DNA of 64,000 bases, taken from Macrostomum lignano. Its lineage: Eukaryota. Below the pieces are notes generated by a model, which saw only the letters and a list, made by a program, of their open reading frames with translations, searched no databases and was not told where the DNA came from. Location of the stretch: NCBI GenBank assembly GCA_002269645.1, contig NIVC01001101.1, positions 310,001 to 374,000 on the forward strand, in the 5' to 3' direction. Made by a program: the position numbers and the translations under genes. This document shows, one piece after another, positions 12,047 to 26,071 of the stretch (positions within the stretch are counted from its first letter, which is position 1; the number at the start of each line of letters is the position of its first letter).

Positions 12047-14391
12047 GCCGAGGCGGCAGCTCAGGCCGCTCGGGAGCGCGAAGAAGCCGAGCGCCTTGAA
12101 CGCCGTCGCAAACTCGAAGCCATCATGAATCGAGTCAAGACCACTCCGGCCTCGTTGCCTAGCAACGATCCCACATCCGGAGACTCGGCAGACAGTCAAG
12201 CTCAGATGCCTCAGCTACCCATGCCAGCCGCTGACGAGACGCCTTCAACAGCTGCAAACCAGATGTCAGCCTCGATGCTGATCTCTTCAGCTGGCACCGC
12301 GGCATCTTTGTCGACGCCCAGCATGTCCGCTTCAATGATGTCCGCCTCCTCGTTGAGCACCAACGGCAACGGCAGCAACCCTGCCCTGGCTCGGCTGGTT
12401 GCTACTGGCCGGCTCAAAGGCACCAAGGCGGCCGAGATTCTGGCTAGGCACGCTGTGCCGTCGACACCGCGGGTGCCGCTGTCGCAGCAGCAGCAGCGGC
12501 AGGAAAAGGAGGAGGAGGGGGACACCTCCGTCAGCAGGTCTGCTGCCGCCGCCGCCGATGCAAGGTAAGATTTTAGACCCGTTTATTGACATTGCCTCAT
12601 TCTTGAGTCACCCCATTCTATGAATCGCCCCCTTTTATGAATCGCCCCACTCTATGAATCGCCCCATTATATAAATCGTATCATTCTATGAATCGCCCCA
12701 TTCTATGAATCGCCCCATTCTATGAATCGCCCCATTCTATGAATCACCCCATTCTATGACTCATCCCATTTTAAGAATCGCCCCATTCTATGAATCGCCC
12801 CTTTTTATGAATCGCCCCACTCTATGAATCGTCCCATTATATGAATCGTATCATTCTATGATTCGCCCCATTCTTTGAATCGTCCCATTCTATGAATCAC
12901 CCCATTCTATGACTCATCCCATTTTAAGAATCGCCACATTCTATGAATCGCCCCATTCCATGAATCACCCCCATTCTATGACTCATCCCATTTTAAGAAT
13001 CGCCACATTCTATGAATCGCCCCATTCCATGAATCACCCCATTCTATGACTCATCCCATTTTAAGAATCGCCACATTCTATGAATCGCCCCATTCTGTGA
13101 ATCACCCCATTCTATGAGTCACCCCATTCTATGAATCACCTCATTCTATGAATCACCTCATTCTATGAATCGCCCCATTCTATGAATCACTTCATTCTAT
13201 GAATCACTTCATTCTATGAATCACTTCATTCTATGAATCACCCCATTCTATGAATCACTTCATTCTATGAATCACCCCATTCTATGAATCACCCCATTCT
13301 ATAAATCACCCCATTCTATGAATCACTTCATTCTATGAATCGCCCCATTCCATGAATCACCCCCATTCTATGACTCATCCCATTTTAAGAATCGCCACAT
13401 TCTATGAATCGCCCCATTCCATGAATCACCCTATTCTATGACTCATCCCATTTTAAGAATCGCCACATTCTATGAATCACCCCATTCTGTGAATCACCCC
13501 ATTCTATGAGTCACCCCATTCTATGAATCACCTCATTCTATGAATCGCCCCATTCTATGAATCGCCCCATTCTATGAATCACCCCATTCTGTGAATCACC
13601 CCATTCTGTGAATCACCCCATTCTATGAATCACCCCATTTTAAGAATCACCCCATTCTATGAATCGCCCCATTTTAAGAATCGCCCCATTTTAAAAATCG
13701 TCATCAGTAAAAATCGAACTTTCTTAAGAATTGCCTCAGCTGAAAAAATCGCCCTAATCTACTTTCTATGGAATTTTTTTTTACAGAATAAATTACCTGT
13801 GTAAAAATAGTTTACTTTTTTCAATACCCTACTTGTAGTAGAAATATAAAGAAAAATACGTTAAAAATGATTCTCTACTATTAGTAAAAAATATCGTTTA
13901 TAAACTCGAACGCATGCAGACTGAACGCCAATGCCAATCGATCGAATTCCGAGTCTCCAACAGTTGAATTTCAAGCCGAAGTTCGCGACCAGAACGACAA
14001 TGACGACGACGATAGCAACAATGCTGCTGCTGCTGCTGCTGCTGCACAAGAAGACCAGGAAGTCGCCGAACAGGACGAAGACGTGGACCATCCGGCTTTA
14101 GTGGCCAGCAATGTTGAAACTCGCCTAGCCGAAGTTCGCGCCAGACTGGCGGCTTCGAGTACTCGAAGTCAAAAGCCTGACGGCCTGCTTGGCGAGACAA
14201 TCTACTCAGTGAGAAGTTCAGCCGATGCTGTGCGGCAAGATGCAGGCCCGATAGCAGCTGCCTCTGTTGCAGACAATGCAGCAGACACTTCGGTTGCTAA
14301 GGATGAGAACACGGAGAGCGGGGTCAGCTCCCCGGGCGATGCAGGCCCGCACTCGCCATTGGCTGTCATGGCAACTGCAGGCAACAATTGA
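12047..14391 (+). CDS. MAP7-like 3' exons, copy 2 (12047-12564, 13920-14391)
   Basis: Same translation and splice sites as copy 1; no MAP7-like upstream exons inside the unit. Confidence 0.6.
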
Positions 14392-17300
14392 ATTATTATT
14401 GAGTGATTGTTATGTATATCATGCATATATTATGATATTGCCTATTGCTCAATATATTACTCATTTAGTAGTATGCTATTATACTGTTAATATATTTGCG
14501 CTGTGAATTAGTGAAAGTAAATTGGTTATTAATAAATCTATCTGTTTGCCCTTTGCTAATTTGTTGTTTTGGTCGCAGAAACTAATTTGCTTTTATGTTG
14601 GTCTTCATTCGCAATCTACCCCTATTTGATAAAGTTTTTTTTATGAATTTTATTTCTATTTTTAGTTGCTTTTATTGCCGTCTTTTTGTGTGTTTTTTGT
14701 TGGAAAATATAACAATTGCTCTGGTTACAAAAGCCATCCCAGACTCTGTGTCGGCTTCCCATTGTTGGTTCTCCGTCATCTCCCATGAGTATTTGTCATT
14801 CTTCATTGCCATTTAATCATTAAAAACCCCGAGTTTGATTCTGTGTTTTAGTCTGTTTATACTACTGCAGCAGCGTGAGCAGTAGCGTGATGCAAATATT
14901 AATGCGGATATAAATTTAACTTGAACTGCTATTTTTAAAAGAACAACATAATCGACTTCTTAATTAATTGAATTGCTACTCAACTTGTCTTCAACCTAGC
15001 TACTAAAAGTAGTATTGATTCAATCTACAATGCAATGCAAATGAGCAACCGACTGCAATATACAATCGTAAATACAAGCATTATTTACGAGTGTATTAAC
15101 TCTATTTTTTAGCTTTTATTTATTTTGACTTCACTCTTACGAGCGTGCAATTTCTGATATAAACAGAACCCGCTTGCTCTAGTTTCACCTGGATGAAGTG
15201 TGTTTGCGTTTATTTTTCTTCATTTAGACTGTATAATTTGCTTATACGACCTACTAATCAGTAGTAATGAACGAATATTCGTATATATTTTTGGTGTGCT
15301 TTCCTAATTATAATCAAATTTTCTAATACTTAACTGAAGCATCATTGCTACTCAGTGTCCTGATTCGCTCTTTCGACTATTGCTACTTTCTCAGTAGTAC
15401 CTTGTGTACATCCGTTACAAACTTTGTCGAGTTGAAAGCATCAATAAAACAAAATAAACTGACTGAAAAATGGGTTATTGTCCAAAAACTGCTTGACTAA
15501 CGATCTGTGAGCTTTTCTACACTTGAACTGTGTACTTTGGCAGAACTAGCTCTAATTGATATTGCCTTGTGTTGTCATCTATTCATTTTTCCTCATTTTA
15601 GTTTACTAAGCCACATACAAACAACTCAGTTTTAGGATATAGGATTGAAGTATTTAAAGAGGGAAAGCCAACCACATTACTCACCCGCAATGTACACTCG
15701 CTGCCAGACCAGACCCGCTACAACCCCCACCCCTCACCCGCAATGTACACTCGCTGCCAGGCCAAACCCGCCACAACCCCCACCCATCACCCGCAATGTA
15801 CACTCGCTGCCAGACCAGACCCGCTCCAACCCCCACCCATCACCCGCAATGTACACTCGCTGCCAGACCAGACCCGCTCCAACCCCCACCCATCACCCGC
15901 AATGTACAATCGCTGCCAGGCTAGACCCGCTACAACCCCCACCCATCACCCGCAATGTACACTCGCTGCCAGGCCAAACCCGCTCCAACCCCACACCTCA
16001 CCCGCAATGTACACTCGCTGCAAGCCCAGGCCCGCTCCAACTCCAACCCCTCACCCGCAATGTACACTCGCTGCTAGGCCAGACCCGCTCCAACTCCAAC
16101 CCCTCACCCGCAATGTAAATTTAATCACAGCAGCCGCCGTTTTCAATCGATTTATTATTATTTGCCATCTGTCAAACGGGATGGGATTTCAAATCGCGAA
16201 TTCGGTTTAGCAGCACGCTGAAGCCTCGTGGCTTTTACCATATGGCATGTCAGCCGTGCTACCTGCAGTTCATTCTCAACTGCCTCATGCACATGACATA
16301 CCGGATGCAAATTAGTCAACTGCTTGCTGTTCCTCTTCAACCCTGCTCATTTGCAATACAGGCAGATGGTGTAGACTCTACTAATGATTGATGAAGCAGA
16401 TACTGCAACTTTGCCTGATGGTGATGGCTCATTCTCATCACCATCAAAGTCCATAATCACACTGCTTGTGTGATTTTTTGTACGACTGAAATAAAAGGTG
16501 AAAGAGAGAGGGTCCTGTCATGCAGTATATAAGTTTTTTGCCAGTTTACCAAATACATATATGCTAGATAAAGCCAGAAAAAGTAGTCAAGCATGGCTAA
16601 TGCTACTACAGCCCCTTTCCTTATTTAAGCTGAGCTCTTTAGTTTTTTTAAAAGAACAAGATAGCAATTATTAATTTATAAAAGGATTACACATATTGTA
16701 AACAACATAAACAAACAACTATTTCTGAATTAATTATAATAAAAGGAAAATGATAATATAGTACAATATAAATATCATAGTACCATCGAGATCTAACCTT
16801 TGCTTAAGTTGGCCAAAATAGTTATGAATAGTTTCTTAAATATTTAAACCCTTTAGCATAGAGAAATTTCTTAGGAATGGCATATGTACCGTCACAGGAA
16901 AATTTCAAAGTGAACAGTGCAAGTCCCATGATAATTGGTTGATTCACATTTTAAAATTTATCACATAAATAGAGACAATAGAGTCAGCATCAGTTTAATT
17001 CATGTGAATATGCCATGGGTAAATGCTTTAATGCTTATTAAAAAAGCCCTTTTGTCAAAAGAATATAAGTTACGAAAGCTATAGCTAGTGAGCTACTATT
17101 TATACTAAACAGTGTTATGGAGATATATAGTTAATACAATGCTTATAGCCTGTCATAAATAATATATTTATAAATATTTATGGTATTAACTATTAACCCT
17201 GATGATGATGGCATATATGTATATGAGTATGCAAGCTACCATAATCGTGCAAATCTGACAAATGCATTTTTGGCCAATATATATATTGTGTTATATATTC

Positions 17301-17886
17301 ATATGCACATACCAACTGCAAATATACTTTGAATACTTGTTACTCGTAAAGTTGAATGAAAAAAATTACGAGCGTACACAACTAATGCTATCTTACACTA
17401 CCAGTACTAGGCCCTTATCCGAAGGCCCTATCCAATGTAATTATTGCAATGTGTATTGTACCTGGATAAATTGCTAAAGGAAGTTTCTTTGAAAGATTTA
17501 AATTAGGATGGTTTTGCAGGGAAGTAATAGCTGAAAAAGGTATTTGGACGAGTCCGGGTCAGTTGAATATGTGCCATTTTATTATCGCAGACAGCAATAC
17601 AATAATTATAAGAAAAATTATAACTCACATTGTGAGTTTTGTTCTAAAATTGTGTTGCATGAAAACTATTGCAATAATAATTATTTTTTCAATTTTTTTC
17701 GACTAGTGCTCAGCTTCATCGGAAATGACTGGCTCGACGCTGCGCCCCCGCGCTGCCATCGCAACGCCGCCACCCCAAATGATGAGTTGGGAAGCTGCAT
17801 AAAGCCCGCAGTCCTGCAGCAGGCGAGAGGCACAAAAGCGACAAGCACATCCCATCTCCGTAAGACTCCCCACAGCCGCTCTGACC

Positions 17887-18642
17887 ATGCAGACTTTGTC
17901 AATTCTGCCGCTGATTCTCTGCTGTTGCATCGCTCTCGGCCACTCGCTGGGCGCTGAATTCGGCCATTTGGGCTGCTTCGTGGACGAAGGAACTCCAAAC
18001 CGAGACCTCACCGGTCTTGTTGGCTTGTCCACCATCGGGCCCCACTCGAAGACGCCGGGCGCGGGCGACGTCGCACATAGCAGCATGACTTTGGAGCTTT
18101 GCAGCGAAATCTGCACGTATGGAAAATTCCGCTACTTTGGTGTTCAAAATTCAGCTGGTTGCTTCTGCGGAAACTCGTACGGCCGACACGGCAAGGCAGC
18201 CGACAGCGACTGCAACATGGCCTGCGCTGGAAACTCCGCCCAAATCTGCGGAGGGTCGGGGCGAAACTCCGTGTACCGGCAGGTCTACAATCGTCCAGGT
18301 GAGCGTAGCGGAATTTACAATCAATGCTGTTCTACTTTTACATGTACATGCACTTCCCCACTTGCCCACCAGAGTAGCGGAGCAGTCGATATCTCTTCTG
18401 TCTTTTCAGATAGCGAATATTTTGCTTTGGCTGACCGAGACTACGTGAACGTGACCTCTACCCGCGGGCCCTTCTACCGCACCGAGCAGCCCGTCAGGAG
18501 TCTGACTGAATGCCTACTAGCTCGCTGCGTCACAGACTGCCAGGCCGTGCTGTTCCACCTGGACGCCTGCCACCTGCTGAGATTCCCCGTTCTGCCACAC
18601 GAGCTGAAGAACGTCGCTGGGAAGTTCGCCACCCGCGTGTGA
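17887..18642 (+). CDS. Secreted WSC + PAN-like protein, copy 2 (probable intron 18299-18409)
   Basis: As copy 1, with 3 amino-acid differences. Confidence 0.88.
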   Translation: MQTLSILPLILCCCIALGHSLGAEFGHLGCFVDEGTPNRDLTGLVGLSTIGPHSKTPGAGDVAHSSMTLELCSEICTYGKFRYFGVQNSAGCFCGNSYGRHGKAADSDCNMACAGNSAQICGGSGRNSVYRQVYNRPGERSGIYNQCCSTFTCTCTSPLAHQSSGAVDISSVFSDSEYFALADRDYVNVTSTRGPFYRTEQPVRSLTECLLARCVTDCQAVLFHLDACHLLRFPVLPHELKNVAGKFATRV

Positions 18643-21600
18643 GGGACCACCTGATTCGAAGCAAGGAGTCTCGGCTGCTTAAGCCTTCTGGTTGCTGAAC
18701 TCTGATTTCTGACACCATCCGATTGCTGCAAGTCTAACCATAGGGCATAGTTAATTTATACTCAAGACAAATCACCTGAGTTCAAATAAAATGACAATAT
18801 TCACTGCCGAAAAGAAAGAACTTTAGCGGCTTCTGAGCAGTAGCTTATTGGCAAATAAATTCGTTTTTTATCCTGATCGATCGAGCCAGCTACAGCAGGC
18901 ACAATGGCAGCAGTAGCAACCAAAGCATATTGCTGACACACTATTGACTCTAAGCAGTATCAGATTCACAAGAACGAATCAGATCCAGAAGCCACTCAGT
19001 TCACTCACTCCTGTGTCAGCTCTTGCAACGCTCAATATTCACGCCAATTTCTCTGCATTGGAAAACTTTTCTGCCTCCATAAGGCGCGCTGGCACCTCAG
19101 AGGTTGCAGAATAAATTTAGAGTGTTATGCTCCGAAATACTACTTGCACAGCTGAAGCCACAACAGCTTCTGGTAGCTGACATCCCAGGTTCACAATATG
19201 CTAGCATATGGTTTAAACGCCTTAAAACCTTTAGCACCTGCACATTAATAACTTCGTACTCATATAAATGGAAGTGAGAATAGGAATCGCAGCATTCGAT
19301 GGATAGGATGGCCGAGTACCGACTGACCGAAAGTACAAACTAGTCTGACGAAGCTGTTAATTAGTTTAACAGCAGTCAGTGAGCAGGCCAGATACAGGTG
19401 AAATAATTAACAGTGGAGCTCCAAGTTTTTTCTGCCCGTCTCCACCGCGGGGGCAGGGGGCGTGTTCCTCCCAGTAAGCTATAAAATTTGCGCATATTGG
19501 TTGCCATGGAAACGGGTAGGAGGCTTCTTCATTGATTTTTCAACTGCAGAAAAACCCACCAATTTATCCCATTAGCATGCAGGCACTTCGTCTGTGCATG
19601 CAGCGTTTGGTGTATGAGGCTGAGCTCATCCCCAACGCATCATCCATTTTAACTGTAGCATTGAACTACGCGCTGCCGACTCTCCTGTGTGTCCGACAGA
19701 TAAAGTTTTTTTTCTGGGGTAGGGCGATCAGAAATAACTTAATGCATGTGAAGTGACATGGAGTGAGGTGTGGAGTTGGGAAGAGGCAATCAACAACCTC
19801 TCTGTAATGCAGTTGACAACTGGAAAATAGCAGACTGCTCAATTGCTTTCAGTTAGCTTAGCTTGCATTGATGGCTTTATACGAGCTTACATACTCGTAC
19901 TAACGAAGCGCTTTGTACATGTTTTCGTTATTCCACACTTTTGAATCATGCTTCAATTGGCTGTATTGAGTTAGTTTACCATAAAGAACTGTGATGTGTC
20001 TTAGTTTGACCATAGACAACTGTGATGTGTCTTAGTTTGACCATAGACAACTGTGATGTGTGTCTTAGTTTGACTATAGACAACTGTGATGTGTGTCTTT
20101 GTTTGACCATAGAAAACACTGTGATGTGTGTCTTAGTTTGACAATAGAAAACTGTGATGTGTGTCTTAGTTTGACCATAGACAACACTGTGATGTGTGCC
20201 TTAGTTTGACAATAGACAACTGTGATGTGTGTCTAATTAGTTTGACTATAGACAACTGTGATGTTTGTCTTAGTTTGACCATAGAAAACACTGTGATGTG
20301 TGTCTTAGTTTGACCATAGACAACTGTGATGTGTGCCTTAGTTTGACCAAAGACAACTGTTATGTGTGTCTTAGTTTGACCATAGACAACACTGTGATGT
20401 GTGTATTAGTTTGACCATAGACAACTGTGATGTGTGCCTTAGTTTGACTATAGACAACTGTGATGTGTGCCTTAGTTTGACCAAAGACAACTGTGATGTG
20501 TGTCTTAGTTTGACCATAGACAACTGTGATGTGTGTCTTTGTTTGACCATGGACAGCACTGTGATGTGTGTCTTAGTTTGACAATAGAAAACACTGTGAT
20601 GTGTGTCTTAGTTTGACCATAGACAACTGTTATGTGTGTCTTAGTTTGACCATAGACAACACTGTGATGTGTGCCTTAGTTTGACCGTAGACAACTGTGA
20701 TGTGTGTCTTAGTTTGACCATAGACGACTGTGATGTGTGTCTTAGTTTGACCATAGAAAACACTGTGATGTGTGTCTTAGTTTGACCATAGACAACTGTG
20801 ATGTGTGCCTTAGTTTGACCAAAGACAACTGTTATGTCTGTCTTAGTTTGACCATAGACAACACTGTGATGTGTGTATTAGTTTGACCATAGACAACTGT
20901 GATGTGTGCCTTAGTTTGACTATAGACAACTGTGATGTGTGCCTTAGTTTGACTATAGACAACACTGTGATGTGTGCCTTAGTTTGACCGTAGACAACAC
21001 TGTGATGTGTGTCTTAGTTTGACCATAGACAACTGTTATGTGTGTCTTAGTTTGACCATAGACAACACTGTGATGTGTGCTTTAGTTTGACCGTAGACAA
21101 CTGTGATGTGTGCCTTAGTTTGACCAAAGACAACTGTGATGTGTGCCTTAGTTTGACTATAGACAACTGTGATGTGTGTCTTAGTTTGACCATAGACAAC
21201 TGTGATGTGTGTCTTTGTTTGACCATGGACAGCACTGTGATGTGTGTCTTAGTTTGACCATGGACAGCACTGTGATGTGTGTCTTAGTTTGACAATAGAC
21301 AACACTGTGATGTGTGTCTTAGTTTGACCATAGACAACTGTTATGTGTGTCTTAGTTTGACCATAGACAACACTGTGATGTGTGTCTTAGTTTGACCGTA
21401 GACAACTGTGATGTGTGTCTTAGTTTGACCATAGAAAACACTGTGATGTGTGCCTTAGTTTGACCATAGACAACTGTGATGTGTGTCTTAGTTTGTCCAT
21501 AGAAAACACTGTGATGTGTGTCTTAGTTTGACCATAGACAACTGTGATGTGTGCCTTAGTTTGACCAAAGACAACTGTGATGTGTGTCTTAGTTTGACCA

Positions 21601-23726
21601 TAGACAACTGTGATGTGTGTCTTTGTTTGACCATGGACAGCACTGTGATGTGTGTCTTAGTTTGACAATAGACAACACTGTGATGTGTGTCTTAGTTTGA
21701 CCATAGACAACTGTTATGTGTGCCTTAGTTTGACCGTAGACAACTGTGATGTGTGTCTTAGTTTGACCATAGAAAACACTGTGATGTGTGCCTTAGTTTG
21801 ACCATAGACAACTGTGATGTGTGTCTTAGTTTGACCATAGACAACTGTGATGTGTGTCTTAGTTTGACCATAGAAAACACTGTGATGTGGGTCTTAGTTT
21901 GACCATAGACAACTGTGATGTGTGTCTTAGTTTGACCGTTGACAACTGTGATGTGTGTCTTAGTTTGACAATAGACAACTGTGATGTGTGTCTTAGTTTG
22001 ACCATAGAAAACACTGTGATGTGTGCCTTAGTTTGACCATAGACAACTGTGATGTGTGTCTTAGTTTGACCATAGACAACTGTGATGTGTGTCTTAGTTT
22101 GACCATAGAAAACACTGTGATGTGGGTCTTAGTTTGACCATAGACAACTGTGATGTGTGTCTTAGTTTGACCGTTGACAATTGTGATGTGTGTCTTAGTT
22201 TGACAATAGACAACTGTGATGTGTGTCTTAGTTTGACCATAGAAAACACTGTGATGTGTGTCTTAGTTTGACCATAGAAAACACTGTGATGTGGGTCTTA
22301 GTTTGACCATAGAAAACACTGTGATGTGTGTCTTAGTTTGATCATAGACAACATTGTGATGTGTGTCTTAGTTTGATCATAGACAACATTGTGATGTGTC
22401 TTAGTTTGACCATAGACAACATTTTGATGAATGCTGAATTCTTCTAAGAAAGCAGTAAGAAAGAAATTAAAAGCTGCTTGTGTGATTTCAAGCTACTATA
22501 GTGCTGGTGCCTCTCGTCAAACAGCTGTGCTTATTATAATTGGATTATTATTAATTAATCTTCCTTTCGACAGTCACAATGATTTCCAGATTGGATACCG
22601 GTACATCAAGAAAGCTCATCAGGAGAAGCAGTCTCTGAAAGCCAAGAAGCGCTCGGTAATCCGCCACTAAGAGTCACCCTTATCCCTCGTTAGTCCATCC
22701 CTAAGAGTCACCCTAATCCCTCGTTAGTCCATCCCTAGGAGTCACCCTAATCCCTCGTTAATCCATCACTAAGAGTCACCCTAATCCCTCGTTAATCCAC
22801 CAGTAAGAGTCACCCTAATCCCTCGTTAATCCACCAGTAAAGAGTCACCCTAATCCCTCGTTAATCCACCAGTAAGAATCTCCCTAATCCCTCGTTAATC
22901 CACCACTAAGAATCTCCCTAATCCCTCGTTAATCCACCACTAAGAATCTCCCTAATCCCTCGTTAATCCACCAGTAAAGAGTCACCCTAATCCCTCGTTA
23001 ATCCACCAGTAAGAATCTCCCTAATCCCTCGTTAATCCACCACTAAGACTCTCCCTAATCCCTCGTTAATCCACCACTAAGAATCTCCCTAATCCCTCGT
23101 TAATCCACCAGTAAAGAGTCACCCTAATCCCTCGTTAATCCACCAGTAAGAATCTCCCTAATCCCTCGTTAATCCACCACTAAGAATCTCCCTAATCCCT
23201 CGTTAATCCACCACTAAGAATCTCCCTAATCCCTCGTTAGTCCACCACTAAGAGTCACCCTAATCCTTCGTTAATCCACCACTAAGAATCTCCCTAATTC
23301 CTCGTTAATCCACCAGAAAGAGTCACCCTAATCTTTCGTTAATCCACCAGTAAGAATCTCCCTAATCCCTCGTTAATCCACCACTAAGAATCTCCCTAAT
23401 CCCTCGTTAATCCACCACTTAGAGTCACCCTAATCTTTCGTTAATCCACCACGAAGAATCTCCCTAATCCTTCGTTAATCCACCACTAAGAATCTCCCTA
23501 ATCCCTCGTTAGTCCACCACTAAGAGTCACCCTAATCTTTCGTTAATCCACCACTAAGAATCTCCCTAATCCCTCGTTAATCCACCACTTAGAGTCACCC
23601 TAATCTTTCGTTAATCCACCACGAAGAATCTCCCTAATCCTTCGTTAATCCACCACTAAGAATCTCCCTAATCCCTCGTTAGTCCACCACTAAGAGTCAC
23701 CCTAATCCCCTTTAAATCCTCCCCAG

Positions 23727-26071
23727 GCCGAGGCGGCAGCTCAGGCCGCTCGGGAGCGCGAAGAAGCCGAGCGCCTTGAACGCCGTCGCAAACTCGAAGC
23801 CATCATGAATCGAGTCAAGACCACTCCGGCCTCGTTGCCTAGCAACGATCCCACATCCGGAGACTCGGCAGACAGTCAAGCTCAGATGCCTCAGCTACCC
23901 ATGCCAGCCGCTGACGAGACGCCTTCAACAGCTGCAAACCAGATGTCAGCCTCGATGCTGATCTCTTCAGCTGGCACCGCGGCATCTTTGTCGACGCCCA
24001 GCATGTCCGCTTCAATGATGTCCGCCTCCTCGTTGAGCACCAACGGCAACGGCAGCAACCCTGCCCTGGCTCGGCTGGTTGCTACTGGCCGGCTCAAAGG
24101 CACCAAGGCGGCCGAGATTCTGGCTAGGCACGCTGTGCCGTCGACACCGCGGGTGCCGCTGTCGCAGCAGCAGCAGCGGCAGGAAAAGGAGGAGGAGGGG
24201 GACACCTCCGTCAGCAGGTCTGCTGCCGCCGCCGCCGATGCAAGGTAAGATTTTAGACCCGTTTATTGACATTGCCTCATTCTTGAGTCACCCCATTCTA
24301 TGAATCGCCCCCTTTTATGAATCGCCCCACTCTATGAATCGCCCCATTATATAAATCGTATCATTCTATGAATCGCCCCATTCTATGAATCGCCCCATTC
24401 TATGAATCGCCCCATTCTATGAATCACCCCATTCTATGACTCATCCCATTTTAAGAATCGCCCCATTCTATGAATCGCCCCTTTTTATGAATCGCCCCAC
24501 TCTATGAATCGTCCCATTATATGAATCGTATCATTCTATGATTCGCCCCATTCTTTGAATCGTCCCATTCTATGAATCACCCCATTCTATGACTCATCCC
24601 ATTTTAAGAATCGCCACATTCTATGAATCGCCCCATTCCATGAATCACCCCCATTCTATGACTCATCCCATTTTAAGAATCGCCACATTCTATGAATCGC
24701 CCCATTCCATGAATCACCCCATTCTATGACTCATCCCATTTTAAGAATCGCCACATTCTATGAATCGCCCCATTCTGTGAATCACCCCATTCTATGAGTC
24801 ACCCCATTCTATGAATCACCTCATTCTATGAATCACCTCATTCTATGAATCGCCCCATTCTATGAATCACTTCATTCTATGAATCACTTCATTCTATGAA
24901 TCACTTCATTCTATGAATCACCCCATTCTATGAATCACTTCATTCTATGAATCACCCCATTCTATGAATCACCCCATTCTATAAATCACCCCATTCTATG
25001 AATCACTTCATTCTATGAATCGCCCCATTCCATGAATCACCCCCATTCTATGACTCATCCCATTTTAAGAATCGCCACATTCTATGAATCGCCCCATTCC
25101 ATGAATCACCCCATTCTATGACTCATCCCATTTTAAGAATCGCCACATTCTATGAATCACCCCATTCTGTGAATCACCCCATTCTATGAGTCACCCCATT
25201 CTATGAATCACCTCATTCTATGAATCGCCCCATTCTATGAATCGCCCCATTCTATGAATCACCCCATTCTGTGAATCACCCCATTCTGTGAATCACCCCA
25301 TTCTATGAATCACCCCATTTTAAGAATCACCCCATTCTATGAATCGCCCCATTTTAAGAATCGCCCCATTTTAAAAATCGTCATCAGTAAAAATCGAACT
25401 TTCTTAAGAATTGCCTCAGCTGAAAAAATCGCCCTAATCTACTTTCTATGGAATTTTTTTTTACAGAATAAATTACCTGTGTAAAAATAGTTTACTTTTT
25501 TCAATACCCTACTTGTAGTAGAAATATAAAGAAAAATACGTTAAAAATGATTCTCTACTATTAGTAAAAAATATCGTTTATAAACTCGAACGCATGCAGA
25601 CTGAACGCCAATGCCAATCGATCGAATTCCGAGTCTCCAACAGTTGAATTTCAAGCCGAAGTTCGCGACCAGAACGACAATGACGACGACGATAGCAACA
25701 ATGCTGCTGCTGCTGCTGCTGCTGCACAAGAAGACCAGGAAGTCGCCGAACAGGACGAAGACGTGGACCATCCGGCTTTAGTGGCCAGCAATGTTGAAAC
25801 TCGCCTAGCCGAAGTTCGCGCCAGACTGGCGGCTTCGAGTACTCGAAGTCAAAAGCCTGACGGCCTGCTTGGCGAGACAATCTACTCAGTGAGAAGTTCA
25901 GCCGATGCTGTGCGGCAAGATGCAGGCCCGATAGCAGCTGCCTCTGTTGCAGACAATGCAGCAGACACTTCGGTTGCTAAGGATGAGAACACGGAGAGCG
26001 GGGTCAGCTCCCCGGGCGATGCAGGCCCGCACTCGCCATTGGCTGTCATGGCAACTGCAGGCAACAATTGA
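23727..26071 (+). CDS. MAP7-like 3' exons, copy 3 (23727-24244, 25600-26071)
   Basis: Same translation and splice sites as copies 1 and 2. Confidence 0.6.
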
